Source: Candidatus Microgenomatus sp.
Lineage (GTDB): Bacteria; Patescibacteriota; Minisyncoccia; UBA6257; GWB1-50-10
Reading direction: 5' to 3'
Assembly: GCA_020724805.1 (NCBI GenBank)
Contig: DYGI01000002.1
Coordinates: forward strand, 23,582-87,581
DNA: 64,000 bases
Part shown: one piece after another, positions 1 through 9,450 of the stretch
Layout: every line of letters starts with the position of its first letter
Numbering within the stretch: position 1 is the first letter of the stretch
Position numbers and translations under genes: made by a program
The notes under the pieces: model-generated
Database searches by the model: none
Seen by the model: only the letters and a program-made list of their open reading frames with translations
What the model was told of the DNA's origin: nothing

Positions 1-186
1 AGATATTGGAAACTTATCAAAGAATTCAAAGAAGTGACCGGCATTCCGATGCTTCTCAATACCTCATTCAATCTAAAAGGGGAGCCGATCGTAAACACTC
101 CCGAAGAAGCGTACCACACCTTCATGCGGAGTGGGCTTGATGTGCTGGTGATGGGGAATTATGTAGTCACGAAGCGCGCTACTTAA
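1..186 (+). CDS. Carbamoyltransferase (NodU/CmcH/HypF-like), C-terminal fragment; the 5' end lies outside the window
   Basis: Frame 1 reads RYWKLIKEFKEVTGIPMLLNTSFNLKGEPIVNTPEEAYHTFMRSGLDVLVMGNYVVTKRAT*. The LLNTSFNxKGEPIV...P.EA motif is the conserved C-terminus of this family. Stop TAA at 184-186. Confidence 0.5.
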   Translation, partial: RYWKLIKEFKEVTGIPMLLNTSFNLKGEPIVNTPEEAYHTFMRSGLDVLVMGNYVVTKRAT

Positions 187-1243
187 TGGAAAGCGTGCTG
201 AGTATGAGCGAGTTTGAGAGTATCTGGAACCCCGCGATGGCGGAAACGAGGAGCGCGTCAAAGGCGCCTGCGTCGGCACCGAGGAGCTTAAGTGCCAAGG
301 GAATGAGTATAAGGACGGCTCCCGCCGTAAGCGCGGTTTTGAGCCGGAAGGTCGCGTAGAATTTTCTCACGAACGGGACGTCCTCTTCGAACCGCGTGTG
401 GAGATAAGTCTTGGCGAAGAGTCCTACAAAGAACATCTGAACGCCGACGAGGGGGAAAAGTATTTTCACGGTTGCCGCGTTTAAAAATGTGCCGCCGGCT
501 TCATTCAGCGAAAGCCCGAGCGCTCCGAGCGCGAAGAGAATTCCGCCGGTAACGAAATATACGGAGAGTGGTGCCTGGAGTGCGATGTATTTAAGGTGTG
601 CGAAGCCGTCACGATAAGGCCGTAGTTTCGACGTGCCTCTCCGCGGTCGATACGTGATAGGAACCTCCGCATACGTGAGGCGTTTCTGCTTCGCCTTTAT
701 TAGCATTTCGGTTGCGAATTCCATCCCCGAAGTTTTAAGTGCGAGCGTGTCGTAGGTCGATCTTTTGAGTGCACGGAAACCCGACTGGCTGTCTGAGGTG
801 CGGATGCCGAAGAAAACGAAAAGGAGAAGGTTCAGTACGGGTGTGCCGAAGTAGCGATGGAGAAACGGCATAGCGCCAGGAACTATTGTGCCGTCGAGAC
901 GACTTCCGATCGCGATGTCCGCACGTTCAAGCGCTTTGAGGAGCGAGGGGATGGTGGAGAGGTCGTAGGTGCCGTCGGCATCAGAGTAAATTATTATTTC
1001 GCCGCGGGCGCATGCGATACCTTCACGGAGTGCGGTGCCGTAGCCGTCTTTCCCGTGAGGCACCACCGCGGCGCCGGCTTTCGTCGCTATGGCGGCGGAG
1101 CGGTCGCGTGAAGAATCCGCGACGATAATCTCGCCTTCGATGTGATGCGTTGCGAAGATTGTACGTGCTTCCTCTACGCAGCGTGCCACCGCAGCTTCCT
1201 CGTCGCGGCATGGGAACACGACGGAGACCGCAATTCGCTTCAT
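179..1243 (-). CDS. GT2 polyprenyl-phosphate sugar synthase (GtrB/ArnC/Dpm1-like) with C-terminal TM helices
   Basis: 354 aa. The N-terminal GT-A fold carries DAD/DxD (YSDADGTYD) and DSQSGFRA motifs. About 4 hydrophobic helices follow at the C-terminus. It is divergent from the GT-C gene at 1271. Confidence 0.8.
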   Translation of the reverse strand: MKRIAVSVVFPCRDEEAAVARCVEEARTIFATHHIEGEIIVADSSRDRSAAIATKAGAAVVPHGKDGYGTALREGIACARGEIIIYSDADGTYDLSTIPSLLKALERADIAIGSRLDGTIVPGAMPFLHRYFGTPVLNLLLFVFFGIRTSDSQSGFRALKRSTYDTLALKTSGMEFATEMLIKAKQKRLTYAEVPITYRPRRGTSKLRPYRDGFAHLKYIALQAPLSVYFVTGGILFALGALGLSLNEAGGTFLNAATVKILFPLVGVQMFFVGLFAKTYLHTRFEEDVPFVRKFYATFRLKTALTAGAVLILIPLALKLLGADAGAFDALLVSAIAGFQILSNSLILSTLSIK

Positions 1244-1270
1244 GTAAGTGTAGGGTATAATAAAACGTGA

Positions 1271-3061
1271 ATGGTGTCGATTTTAGTGGGAATTTTGACC
1301 GCGCCCATCCTTTTTTTTCTTCCCGGTTATTTTTGGTCGCTCTCGTTGCCGTGGGTTCGTGGTTTCACCGTGCGCCTTGCGGTGTCGCTTGTGACGAGCG
1401 TGGCACTTGGGGTGCTTTTAAGCTACGGAGCGGCACTCTTCGATATTCCGGTTGGTGCGGCACTTTTCGCTGGATTGCTTTTGACTTCGGCGGGTTTCGG
1501 ATGGACAGTGCGGCGTAGGCTTTTTGAGGCGGTTTCCGAGTGGAGGGAAGTGCCGCGGAGCGAAAAAATGATGGCGGCAGGCCTCGTTTTTCTCTGTGTG
1601 GTGGCGGGAATTTTTGTATCGTTGCCTCATTTCGGTTACCCGTGGCCCGTCCACGGGGACGAGTGGTGGAGTGTGGGTGAGGTGCAAAATCTTTTGGAGG
1701 GGCGGTCACTTGACACTCACCCGTATTTTCTCGACCCGCTCACGAATTACAAACCGGGACTCACCGCGTATCTTTCGGGAATTTTTTCGCTGTGGCGCGT
1801 CGACCCCGTCTCCGCATGGGCCCATCTTCCTGGCGCGAACCTTTTCTTTATCGCGCTCATTTCGTCACTCCTTCTTTTTTCGATAACGCGCGATAAATTA
1901 GTCGCGCTCGCGGTTCCGGTGTTCCTCGCGGCGGTGCGGTCGAACGCGTATATGCTCGGGTGGTGGTTTTTTGTTCCTTCGACATTCGCGTTCCTTTTTA
2001 TTATCCCGCTTGTCGTCACGGTTCCGAGTTGGGCTTCAAACCGGCGCGGCGTCGTCTGGGTGCTTGCGATATTCGGAGCGCTGGCTGCGGTGTATCTTCC
2101 TTTCGCACTTTTTCTTGCGCTCGCATTCGTTCCGCTCTTTTTCTTTTCGCTCCACGGAAACGCGCGAATGATTTTTTCGATTGCGGCGCTCATGTTGTTC
2201 GCCGCGCTCGTGTTCACCGGAGCGGAGCTAAGTCCTTATCGGGAATACTGGCGCCTCTCGTCGCTGTCTGCAGCGGAAGGATGGTTTGCCGCATTCACCA
2301 CCTCATTCTTCGTTCCTATTGATGCGACGGTTCATTTCGCACAGTCTCCTGGAGCGGTGAGCGTCACCGGGTTCGGCTTGCTCGTGTTTGCGCTCGTCGG
2401 CGTATGGAAGACGTGGCGGAGCGATTGGGTGCGCGGTCTCAGGTGGGTATTGCTCGCGGCGGCAATGAATGTGACGTTGGTTATTTTCGGAGGAGTCTCG
2501 TTTTTGCTTTTTCATCAGCGCGCATTCCATCTTTTTGCGGCGATGGCGGCGCTCTGGGCCGTGCTCGGTCTTGCGGTACTCGCGCGCGAATGGTATGGGT
2601 GGGTCACAGAAAAGTGGGGGATGAGGTGGCGACGCACGCTCGTGCTTGTTTTCGCCATACTCACGCTTTCTTTTGTGTTTTTCGGTTACTTTCGGTTGCC
2701 GGCTGGCACCAGTCTCTATTTTCTCGTGAACGAGAACGATCTTGTGGCACTCCGTTGGCTCCGCGGCGAGCCTACGCTCCGCGGGTTAAAGGTAGTGGCG
2801 GATCCCGATGTTGGTACGATAGTGACCCCCCTCACGCGGTTGGTCTCCAAGGTCACTCTTCGGACGGGACAAAATACCTCTTCTGTTATTAACCCCGCGT
2901 CGGGGCGCATCTCGTTTATTGAGAGCACCTGCGAAGAGAAACGGGAATATCTTACGAGGATGGATGCGGATATCGCCTATACGCGTACCTCCCAATCGTG
3001 CCCATTTTTGGAGGAGATATTCAATACGGAAGGGGTATTTATTTACCGTATCAACAAATAA
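1271..3061 (+). CDS. Polytopic membrane glycosyltransferase of GT-C type (PMT_2/ArnT/GT39-like)
   Basis: 596 aa with about 13 TM helices. The first extracytoplasmic loop contains HGDEWW (a DE motif). There is a C-terminal soluble domain of about 100 aa. A -10 TATAAT lies at 1253-1258 in the 27-nt divergent spacer. Confidence 0.45.
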   Translation: MVSILVGILTAPILFFLPGYFWSLSLPWVRGFTVRLAVSLVTSVALGVLLSYGAALFDIPVGAALFAGLLLTSAGFGWTVRRRLFEAVSEWREVPRSEKMMAAGLVFLCVVAGIFVSLPHFGYPWPVHGDEWWSVGEVQNLLEGRSLDTHPYFLDPLTNYKPGLTAYLSGIFSLWRVDPVSAWAHLPGANLFFIALISSLLLFSITRDKLVALAVPVFLAAVRSNAYMLGWWFFVPSTFAFLFIIPLVVTVPSWASNRRGVVWVLAIFGALAAVYLPFALFLALAFVPLFFFSLHGNARMIFSIAALMLFAALVFTGAELSPYREYWRLSSLSAAEGWFAAFTTSFFVPIDATVHFAQSPGAVSVTGFGLLVFALVGVWKTWRSDWVRGLRWVLLAAAMNVTLVIFGGVSFLLFHQRAFHLFAAMAALWAVLGLAVLAREWYGWVTEKWGMRWRRTLVLVFAILTLSFVFFGYFRLPAGTSLYFLVNENDLVALRWLRGEPTLRGLKVVADPDVGTIVTPLTRLVSKVTLRTGQNTSSVINPASGRISFIESTCEEKREYLTRMDADIAYTRTSQSCPFLEEIFNTEGVFIYRINK

Positions 3062-3115
3062 AGGCTTTTCCCCAGCGTACGGCACTTTCCCTAAACTTAG
3101 GTTTGATATAATGGA

Positions 3116-3559
3116 ATGAATCGAATGGAAGCCCCGACTCAAGCGAAATCGTCCCCCTGGCTCCTTATTGTGGGAGCGGTGGTGGTAGCGTTGGTGCTGT
3201 TCTTTGTTTTTTCGGACGGGTGGGGCGATGACACATCGGACAACGGACCGTTTGGCGTTATTGTGGCGCCGACGAATGGCCTCTCAATTGTGGAGATAAA
3301 AGCGGAGGGTGGAAAATTCTTACCGAACGAGATCACGGTGAAGCGTCCCGACCCCGTCATGATTATGTTCACCGCGGTTGATGATAAATACGACATCGGC
3401 TTTGAGGACCCAAAGATAGGATTTGACGTGATTGCGGAAGTTGGTGCGGTGCAGCGATTCGGTTTCGAAACAAGCGACAAAACCCCCGGTTTCTATACCT
3501 TCCACTGCATTGAGTTTTGCCCGAAAGGTGAAATGACGGGGACGTTGAAAATAGAATAA
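3116..3559 (+). CDS. TM-anchored cupredoxin-like protein (degenerate COX2 C-terminal/CuA-like domain)
   Basis: 147 aa with an N-terminal TM helix. The C-terminus reads FHCIEFCPKGEM, resembling the COX2 CuA loop GQCSELCG..H..M. Both His ligands are missing: Tyr sits at the first His position (DDKYDIGF) and Glu at the second. TATAAT at 3107-3112. Confidence 0.5.
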   Translation: MNRMEAPTQAKSSPWLLIVGAVVVALVLFFVFSDGWGDDTSDNGPFGVIVAPTNGLSIVEIKAEGGKFLPNEITVKRPDPVMIMFTAVDDKYDIGFEDPKIGFDVIAEVGAVQRFGFETSDKTPGFYTFHCIEFCPKGEMTGTLKIE

Positions 3560-3572
3560 CCTAATTTCCATC

Positions 3573-6500
3573 ATGAAACGCTTTGCATTGCTGGTCGGGA
3601 TAATCGCCCTCTTCGGGGCGATGGTGATTGCGAGTCCGCTTGATATGGAAGAAGTAAGAGCTGCGGTGTGGGACTGGGTCCCCGGTTCGGAGAGCGGCAT
3701 CTCCGCGACTCCCACTTCGCAGTCCGCCATCAGCGTGAGTTGGGGCGAGGACTATTATTCGACCGGTCCCGAAGACCTCTACCGTTGTTCGGGGAGCGGC
3801 AGTTGTACGCCGACTTATTTTGCGAACGTTTTCCAGAGTTCGAGCTATAACAACACCGGTCTCTCGTGTGGCACTACCTATCGCTACCGTGTCTGCTCCG
3901 ACTACGGTTGTACGAGCATCGCCACCGCATCGACCGACGCTTGTACGCCTGCAACGCCGAGCACACCTTCGGCAAGTGGTACGGGCCAGACGACGATGTC
4001 GGTGACGTGGGGTGCAGTGAGTGGCGCTTCTGGCTACCACGTGTATCGAAACAGCGGCTATATCGGCGCGAGCGGAAGTGCGAGCTACAACGATTCTGGT
4101 TTGAGTTGCGGTACGCAATATGGTTACGGGATCGTGGCGTACGTAACGACGAACGGTCGCACGTATTACTCAGGTACTTCTGCGACAGGATATGGGTCGA
4201 CGAACGCGTGTCCGAGCGTGCCCACTCCGCCTTCCGGAGTCACCGCCACTCCAACCTCACAGACCACGCTCATAGTTGGATGGACCGACAACTCCGGGAA
4301 CGAAACCGGCTTTAAGGTATACAGTGGTGACGGAGTTACGCCGCGGAGCACTACTGGCGCGAATATCACTTCGGTTGAAGAAGGAGGGTTGAGTTGTGCG
4401 ACAAGCTACGACAAATGGGGGGTGAGAGCGTATAACGCGGTCGGGGACTCGAACATCGCATTCAATACCCCCCCGAGTACGCTCGATGCCTGTACGCCCT
4501 CCGCGCCTTCAGCGTTGAGTTGCAGCCCGGCCTCGCAGAGTCAGATCAACTGTTCGTGGACTGATAACTCGAACAATCCCACCACCAACTACGAAACTGG
4601 TTTCCAGGTCGAGCGATGTAGCGGATCGGGGTGTTCGGGCTACTCCCTGGTAGGTTCACCAGGTCAGAACGTCACATCCTTCTCGAGTACGGGACTTGCT
4701 TCAGGTACGCTCTATCGTCACCGTGTGCGGGCTTACGTGAGCACAAACGGGAGAACTTACTACTCTGGTTACACTGCTGTTTCAGACGCAACGACCGATG
4801 CTGCGACTCCCGGCGTTCCGACGAGCGTTTCACAGACTCCGACGGGGCAGGCGACTGTTCAAATAAGTTGGGCGGGCGGTTCGCCTTCGACCCAGACAGG
4901 GTTCCGTGTTACGGATGCGCAAGGCGTGCAGGACTATAATTCTTCGACCTTTAATGCGACCGGACTTTGCAGCACTGCGGGTGCGGCACTCTCATGTGGT
5001 ACCTCGTGCACCGCAGTCAATGTAAGAGCATATGTCGATACGAATGGGCGGCGATACTATTCCAACACAGTTACGCCGACCGCGGTTACGCTGGATGCCT
5101 GTACGCCCGCGACCCCGACCGGAGTGAGTGCAAGCGCAGTAGCCGCAAACCAAGTGAACGTGTCGTGGGGCAATGTGGCGGGAGAAACGGGATATAAAAT
5201 CAGTCGATGTACGGGGAGTAGCTGTTCACCTGCGTCGTACACAACAAAAGCAGTTGATGTAACATCGCACCCTGACGGCAGTCTCTTAGAGAACACAATC
5301 CACCGGTATGCCGTGAGTTCGTATGTATCAACGAACGGGAGGGAATATGAATCAGATCTTTCTACGGTTGCGCAGGCAACCACGCAAGATCTCGCGGTTG
5401 CCATCACTACATACTCCAGCTATGTGAACGCGGCGAACCAGGCGGCGATAGCGGTTTCCGGCACCTGCAGCGGCGGGAGCGGTACGGTGAGTATTTCGAT
5501 AACATCGACCGGTGGCGGAGGACCGGTAACCGCCTCGCCTACTTGTTCCTCCGGTACCTGGTCGGCGGGTTCTCTGAACCTTACGCCGCTTGGCCAAGGA
5601 AATCTGACCTATGCTGCAACACTTACAGTGTCACCGAACACCGCGAACGCGAGTCAGCCGGGCGTGAAAGATGTTACCGCGCCCAGTGTAACTGCGCCGA
5701 CCGACGGAGGCACCTGGACTAATAACACCTCTCTCACTTTCAGCTCAACGCCGAGCGACACGGGCGGCTCTGGTCTCTCCGATTGCACCGGTCAGATAGA
5801 CGTCAACAACACCGACGGCGCCGGCCTCGTGTTCAACGGCTCGGTGGGCACCGATGGTGACCATACGTTTGTGGGAACCTCCGGTAACACTTATTACTAT
5901 CGGGTATCTTGTACTGATAATGCGGGCAACTCGAGCGGATATACCGCGTGGACTAACGGAATCGGTCTCGACACAGGAAACCCCTCGATCACTGGCCCAA
6001 CAGACACTGGCACCTGGACTAATAACACCTCTCTCACTTTCAGCTCGACGCCGAGCGACACGGGCGGCTCTGGTCTCTCCGATTGCACCGGTCAGATAGA
6101 CGTCAACAACACCGACGGCGCCGGCCTCGTGTTCAACGGCTCGGTGGGCACCGATGGTGACCATACTTTCATCGGGACTGAGGGGAATACCTACTATTAT
6201 CGGGTATCTTGTACTGATAATGCGAGCAACTCGAGCGGATATACCGCGTGGACTAATGGGATTGGCATTGATCTTACTGCGCCCGCGTTCAGCTCGAAGA
6301 CCGCCGCATGCGGTAGCTGGCAAAACACGAACTGGGTCTCGACCTTCACCTACACCGATTCGTTCTCGGGCATCGCGTCCGGGAACAACCCCACCTGCAC
6401 TATCTCGACCGATGGGGCGAGCCAGACCTGCAACGTTACTCCGAATGTCTGCGACAACGCGAGTAACTGCAACACGACGCTTATCACGAGTAACACCTGT

Positions 6501-7175
6501 AGCGTCGACAAGACGGCGCCGACCCCTAACCCCTCCACTGGCTCCGCAGCGAGTACCTGTGCGTATGACGCCGCGACTCGCTCTATCACGTGGACCATCA
6601 ATTCTTCCACGGATGTAACTTCCGGTCTGAATAGCTCGGGTTACTCCTTTACAAACGGTTCCACCTGGCAGGCCTCAAACCAGTTGGTGGAATCGGGAGT
6701 TACTACCGCAACAACCACTAAAACGGTAAGAGCACGCGACGTTGCGGACAACCAGACGACTGCGGGTACTATAACCGCCGGTCAAGTCGTATGCATACCG
6801 CCTCCCTCGAGTGCGCCCACATCGCCTTCCGGGTCACTCGACGGTGGGCAAGGGAGCGTGCTTCTGTCGTGGTCTGAAGTTCCAGATGTTTCAGGATATC
6901 TCATCGAGCAAAGCACGGATGGTGGATCGACATGGAATTACCTACCTGATGGTACGATTTCATTAGGGTCGGTTACCACCCATCCGGTTTCGAACTATGA
7001 AAACGAATGTCCTAAGGATTATCTCTATCGCGTGATTGCTTACACGACCGATGCGAGCTCTGATAATGATACGAACTGTCCTGTGGGGCAGCGTGATAAC
7101 CGGAAATGCTCTGCTCCTTCGGCCGCCATTACGGCACAAATTCGCTATTGCACCGGGTTCTTCTTGGGAGAGTAA
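3573..7175 (+). CDS. Giant secreted surface protein with multiple fibronectin-III-like repeats and Ser/Thr/Gly/Asn-rich, Cys-containing segments
   Basis: 1200 aa. Sec signal peptide MKRFALLVGIIALFGAMVIASP. At least 7 repeats of about 95 aa follow the pattern S.SW......GY.VYR....LsC.t.Y.YrV.AY. There are many NxS/T sequons. Two near-identical 100-aa internal repeats are present. No LPXTG, T9SS or TM anchor. Confidence 0.75.
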   Translation: MKRFALLVGIIALFGAMVIASPLDMEEVRAAVWDWVPGSESGISATPTSQSAISVSWGEDYYSTGPEDLYRCSGSGSCTPTYFANVFQSSSYNNTGLSCGTTYRYRVCSDYGCTSIATASTDACTPATPSTPSASGTGQTTMSVTWGAVSGASGYHVYRNSGYIGASGSASYNDSGLSCGTQYGYGIVAYVTTNGRTYYSGTSATGYGSTNACPSVPTPPSGVTATPTSQTTLIVGWTDNSGNETGFKVYSGDGVTPRSTTGANITSVEEGGLSCATSYDKWGVRAYNAVGDSNIAFNTPPSTLDACTPSAPSALSCSPASQSQINCSWTDNSNNPTTNYETGFQVERCSGSGCSGYSLVGSPGQNVTSFSSTGLASGTLYRHRVRAYVSTNGRTYYSGYTAVSDATTDAATPGVPTSVSQTPTGQATVQISWAGGSPSTQTGFRVTDAQGVQDYNSSTFNATGLCSTAGAALSCGTSCTAVNVRAYVDTNGRRYYSNTVTPTAVTLDACTPATPTGVSASAVAANQVNVSWGNVAGETGYKISRCTGSSCSPASYTTKAVDVTSHPDGSLLENTIHRYAVSSYVSTNGREYESDLSTVAQATTQDLAVAITTYSSYVNAANQAAIAVSGTCSGGSGTVSISITSTGGGGPVTASPTCSSGTWSAGSLNLTPLGQGNLTYAATLTVSPNTANASQPGVKDVTAPSVTAPTDGGTWTNNTSLTFSSTPSDTGGSGLSDCTGQIDVNNTDGAGLVFNGSVGTDGDHTFVGTSGNTYYYRVSCTDNAGNSSGYTAWTNGIGLDTGNPSITGPTDTGTWTNNTSLTFSSTPSDTGGSGLSDCTGQIDVNNTDGAGLVFNGSVGTDGDHTFIGTEGNTYYYRVSCTDNASNSSGYTAWTNGIGIDLTAPAFSSKTAACGSWQNTNWVSTFTYTDSFSGIASGNNPTCTISTDGASQTCNVTPNVCDNASNCNTTLITSNTCSVDKTAPTPNPSTGSAASTCAYDAATRSITWTINSSTDVTSGLNSSGYSFTNGSTWQASNQLVESGVTTATTTKTVRARDVADNQTTAGTITAGQVVCIPPPSSAPTSPSGSLDGGQGSVLLSWSEVPDVSGYLIEQSTDGGSTWNYLPDGTISLGSVTTHPVSNYENECPKDYLYRVIAYTTDASSDNDTNCPVGQRDNRKCSAPSAAITAQIRYCTGFFLGE
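5699..6298 (+). repeat. Two tandem 300-bp copies inside the giant ORF (period exactly 300 bp; about 160 bp identical bar 1 mismatch, remainder about 85%)
   Basis: cacctggactaataacacctctctcactttcagctc at 5711 recurs at 6011. The protein units are TWTNNTSLTFSSTPSDTGGSGLSDCTGQIDVNNTDGAGLVFNGSVGTDGDHTF, seen twice. Confidence 0.9.
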
Positions 7176-7188
7176 TCGATAGGGATTT

Positions 7189-7677
7189 ATGGAAAAGAAA
7201 AATATTTTTATAGGTGTAGGAGCGATTTTGGTGATTTTTGGGTTGGTGTGGTGGGGTACACAGATGGATGTTCGGAATACATCACAATCCGGCTCGAACA
7301 ACAACGAGGACGAAGAAGTGATTAATAATCTCCCACTTACCCCCGCGGCAGAGGAAGTTTCATTGCCGCAAAGTGATATACGAGGTGCCGCACTCAAAGT
7401 TTTCAATATAACGATGACAAGGGGGGGGATTGTGCCTTCCTCTATTACGGTGGGCGAAGGGGACCGCGTGCAGTTCAATGTGAAAGCGGAGGATGCTCCC
7501 TATGATTTTGAGTTGGAGGTTCCACACTATAATTTCCGTCTGGACGTTATTGAAGAGGGGGAAACGCGTCCCGTTGGTTTTAATGCTGAATCGATCGGAG
7601 AGTTTTCCTTTGGGTGCAGTCAGTTATGTCCGAATAATATTCGCCTCACCGCCCAACTCATTGTTTTGGATAGGTAG
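7189..7677 (+). CDS. TM-anchored cupredoxin-like protein, paralog of 3116-3559 (degenerate COX2-like)
   Basis: 162 aa with an N-terminal TM helix. Reads FSFGCSQLCPNN (CSELC-like) with no His or Met ligands. Tyr sits at the first His position (EDAPYDFEL). Confidence 0.5.
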   Translation: MEKKNIFIGVGAILVIFGLVWWGTQMDVRNTSQSGSNNNEDEEVINNLPLTPAAEEVSLPQSDIRGAALKVFNITMTRGGIVPSSITVGEGDRVQFNVKAEDAPYDFELEVPHYNFRLDVIEEGETRPVGFNAESIGEFSFGCSQLCPNNIRLTAQLIVLDR

Positions 7678-7720
7678 TAGAAGTAGTATCTTGTAGCTGG
7701 TATTTGGTATCGGAAATATA

Positions 7721-7747
7721 AAAGCCCGAGAATTTTCTCGGGCTTTT
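7721..7747. terminator. Bidirectional intrinsic terminator between the convergent genes 7189-7677(+) and 7774-9450(-)
   Basis: AAAAGCCCGAGAATTTTCTCGGGCTTTT, a GC stem flanked by A/T runs on both strands. Confidence 0.6.
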
Positions 7748-7773
7748 CACTACTAACTACTTACTACCAACTA

Positions 7774-9450
7774 CTACCTAAGCAGGAGCATCTTCTTCGT
7801 CTGGACGAATCCATTCGCCTCCAGCCGATAGAAGTACACTCCGCTCGGCAATCCTGATGCGTCCCACGTGACGCGGTGGGTCCCCCTCTCGAAAACATCC
7901 TCGGCGAGTATCGATACTTCGATGCCAAGAATGCTTGTTACCGAAAGGCGGACACGTTCCCTCGTCGGTATGGCGAACTCGATCGTGGTCGCAGGGTTGA
8001 AGGGGTTCGGGTAGTTCTGTGAAAGCGCGAACGTTTTCGGAACTTCCGTCTCCTCGACCTTTACTACACGATCAACGCGATATTCAGGCGAATCTACGCT
8101 GTCTGTCGCGCCGTGGATATCGGTGGCGACAAGGCGGAACTGGAAGGTATGGTCGTGCAGGGCGTACGGTATCGTTCCCCACACCTCGCTCTTTGTGGAG
8201 TCTACCGAAAGCCACGAGGGACTCTTGGCGGAATCGAGCCTTACCGTGACTGGGTCGCCATCAGTATCAAAGGCGAAGTATGTTCTTTTGAAGAACGTCC
8301 CTCCGTACGTCACGGTGTCGCCAGGAGAATAAAGGAGAATCGGGCTGTGGTTTGCCGGTTTGGAAGAAAGAATGCCTCTATATATTCCCTTCCATGTTCC
8401 GACGTATACCGCCGAGTCCTTCATTACGACCGACTGGACGCTTTCTCCTGGGAGACCTAAGAGCTCCCACGTCGAACCATCATCGGTTGACCGATAGAGA
8501 CCTCCATTGCCCATTTCTTGGCACGAGAAGACACTATTGTCGGCACCGAGAACCAGGCTCCAAACCTTCACGTTCGATTTCACCACGTGCCACGTTGCGC
8601 CGTAGTCAGTCGAGCGGTAGATGTTATTGGTCTTACTAAACGGTGGCTCGCCTGGCGGAGCATTGTACAAGAGTCCGCTAGCAAGAAGGTAGTTGTTTGG
8701 GAGTTTAACAAGTGTGGTAATTGATGCTCCCAGAGTGATTCCACTCGAGGATCGTGTCCAACTATCCCCATTGTCCGTGGAACGGTACACCCCGTTCGGT
8801 AGGAATTCGATTCCTCCTGGTCCTACTGTGATGTATGATGTGTCACCGATGAATGTTAGGGATCTGAACTCTTGCCGGTCGGGACCGTGACCACTATCTC
8901 CTGCGTGGGGATTGTCAGGGATTCCGTTTGTGAGCGTGTCCCACTTTACGCCCCGGTCAGTGGAGCGGAAGAGTCCTCGCTCTGTCGCGAAGAAGAAACC
9001 GCCAGTGCTCGGATTGACGCCAAGCTCAAAGCCCCATCTTGTAGCAGGTAACCCTACGCGAGCGCCACTCATTTTTTCCCACGTGTCGCCATCGTCAGTT
9101 GACCGATGAAGTCCGTAGGGAAAACCCGCTACATAAATGTATCCGGAGTCGTCCACCGCGAAGTTCCACCCCTCGCTGTCATAAAATCCACGACTCGGCC
9201 CCACTTCTACCCATGTTTTACCGTTGTCGCGCGATTCCCAAAGCCCTGATGTGTTGGTGAATGGAATTATGCCTGCAAGGATATGTCCTCGCTTGTTTAC
9301 CATAAGCGCTCTCACATTTATGTCCCAGTTGTTCAGTACCTGCTCGAACGCGATGGTGTCAGTACTCTTTGATAAGCTCTGTCCCTCCGCCACGAAGTGG
9401 GGGACGGACGCGGCGATCAGAATCGCCAAATATTTCGTCATGCGTTTCAT
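7774..9450 (-). CDS. BNR/Asp-box repeat beta-propeller protein (sialidase/Ycf48-like) with a T9SS (Por) C-terminal sorting domain
   Basis: Six SxDxGxTW Asp-boxes (SRDNGKTW, STDDGDTW, STDRGVKW, STDNGDSW, STDYGATW, STDDGSTW). Sec signal peptide. The C-terminus ...ALSQNYPNPFNPATTIEF...GVYFYRLEANGFVQTKKMLLLR matches the T9SS type-A CTD. The ATG at 9450 is preceded by AAAGGAG 8 nt upstream. GC is visibly lower than in neighbouring genes. Confidence 0.8.
   Translation of the reverse strand: MKRMTKYLAILIAASVPHFVAEGQSLSKSTDTIAFEQVLNNWDINVRALMVNKRGHILAGIIPFTNTSGLWESRDNGKTWVEVGPSRGFYDSEGWNFAVDDSGYIYVAGFPYGLHRSTDDGDTWEKMSGARVGLPATRWGFELGVNPSTGGFFFATERGLFRSTDRGVKWDTLTNGIPDNPHAGDSGHGPDRQEFRSLTFIGDTSYITVGPGGIEFLPNGVYRSTDNGDSWTRSSSGITLGASITTLVKLPNNYLLASGLLYNAPPGEPPFSKTNNIYRSTDYGATWHVVKSNVKVWSLVLGADNSVFSCQEMGNGGLYRSTDDGSTWELLGLPGESVQSVVMKDSAVYVGTWKGIYRGILSSKPANHSPILLYSPGDTVTYGGTFFKRTYFAFDTDGDPVTVRLDSAKSPSWLSVDSTKSEVWGTIPYALHDHTFQFRLVATDIHGATDSVDSPEYRVDRVVKVEETEVPKTFALSQNYPNPFNPATTIEFAIPTRERVRLSVTSILGIEVSILAEDVFERGTHRVTWDASGLPSGVYFYRLEANGFVQTKKMLLLR

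Noticed and set aside
7678-7782. GTAGTAGAAGTAGTA ... TACTACTAACTACTTACTACCAACTACTACC runs flanking the terminator, considered as a CRISPR-like or IS terminal repeat
   Set aside because: There is no regular spacing or repeat-spacer architecture, and part of it encodes the C-terminus of the BNR protein. It is probably low-complexity sequence linked to the compositionally atypical island. No CRISPR array is present anywhere in the window.
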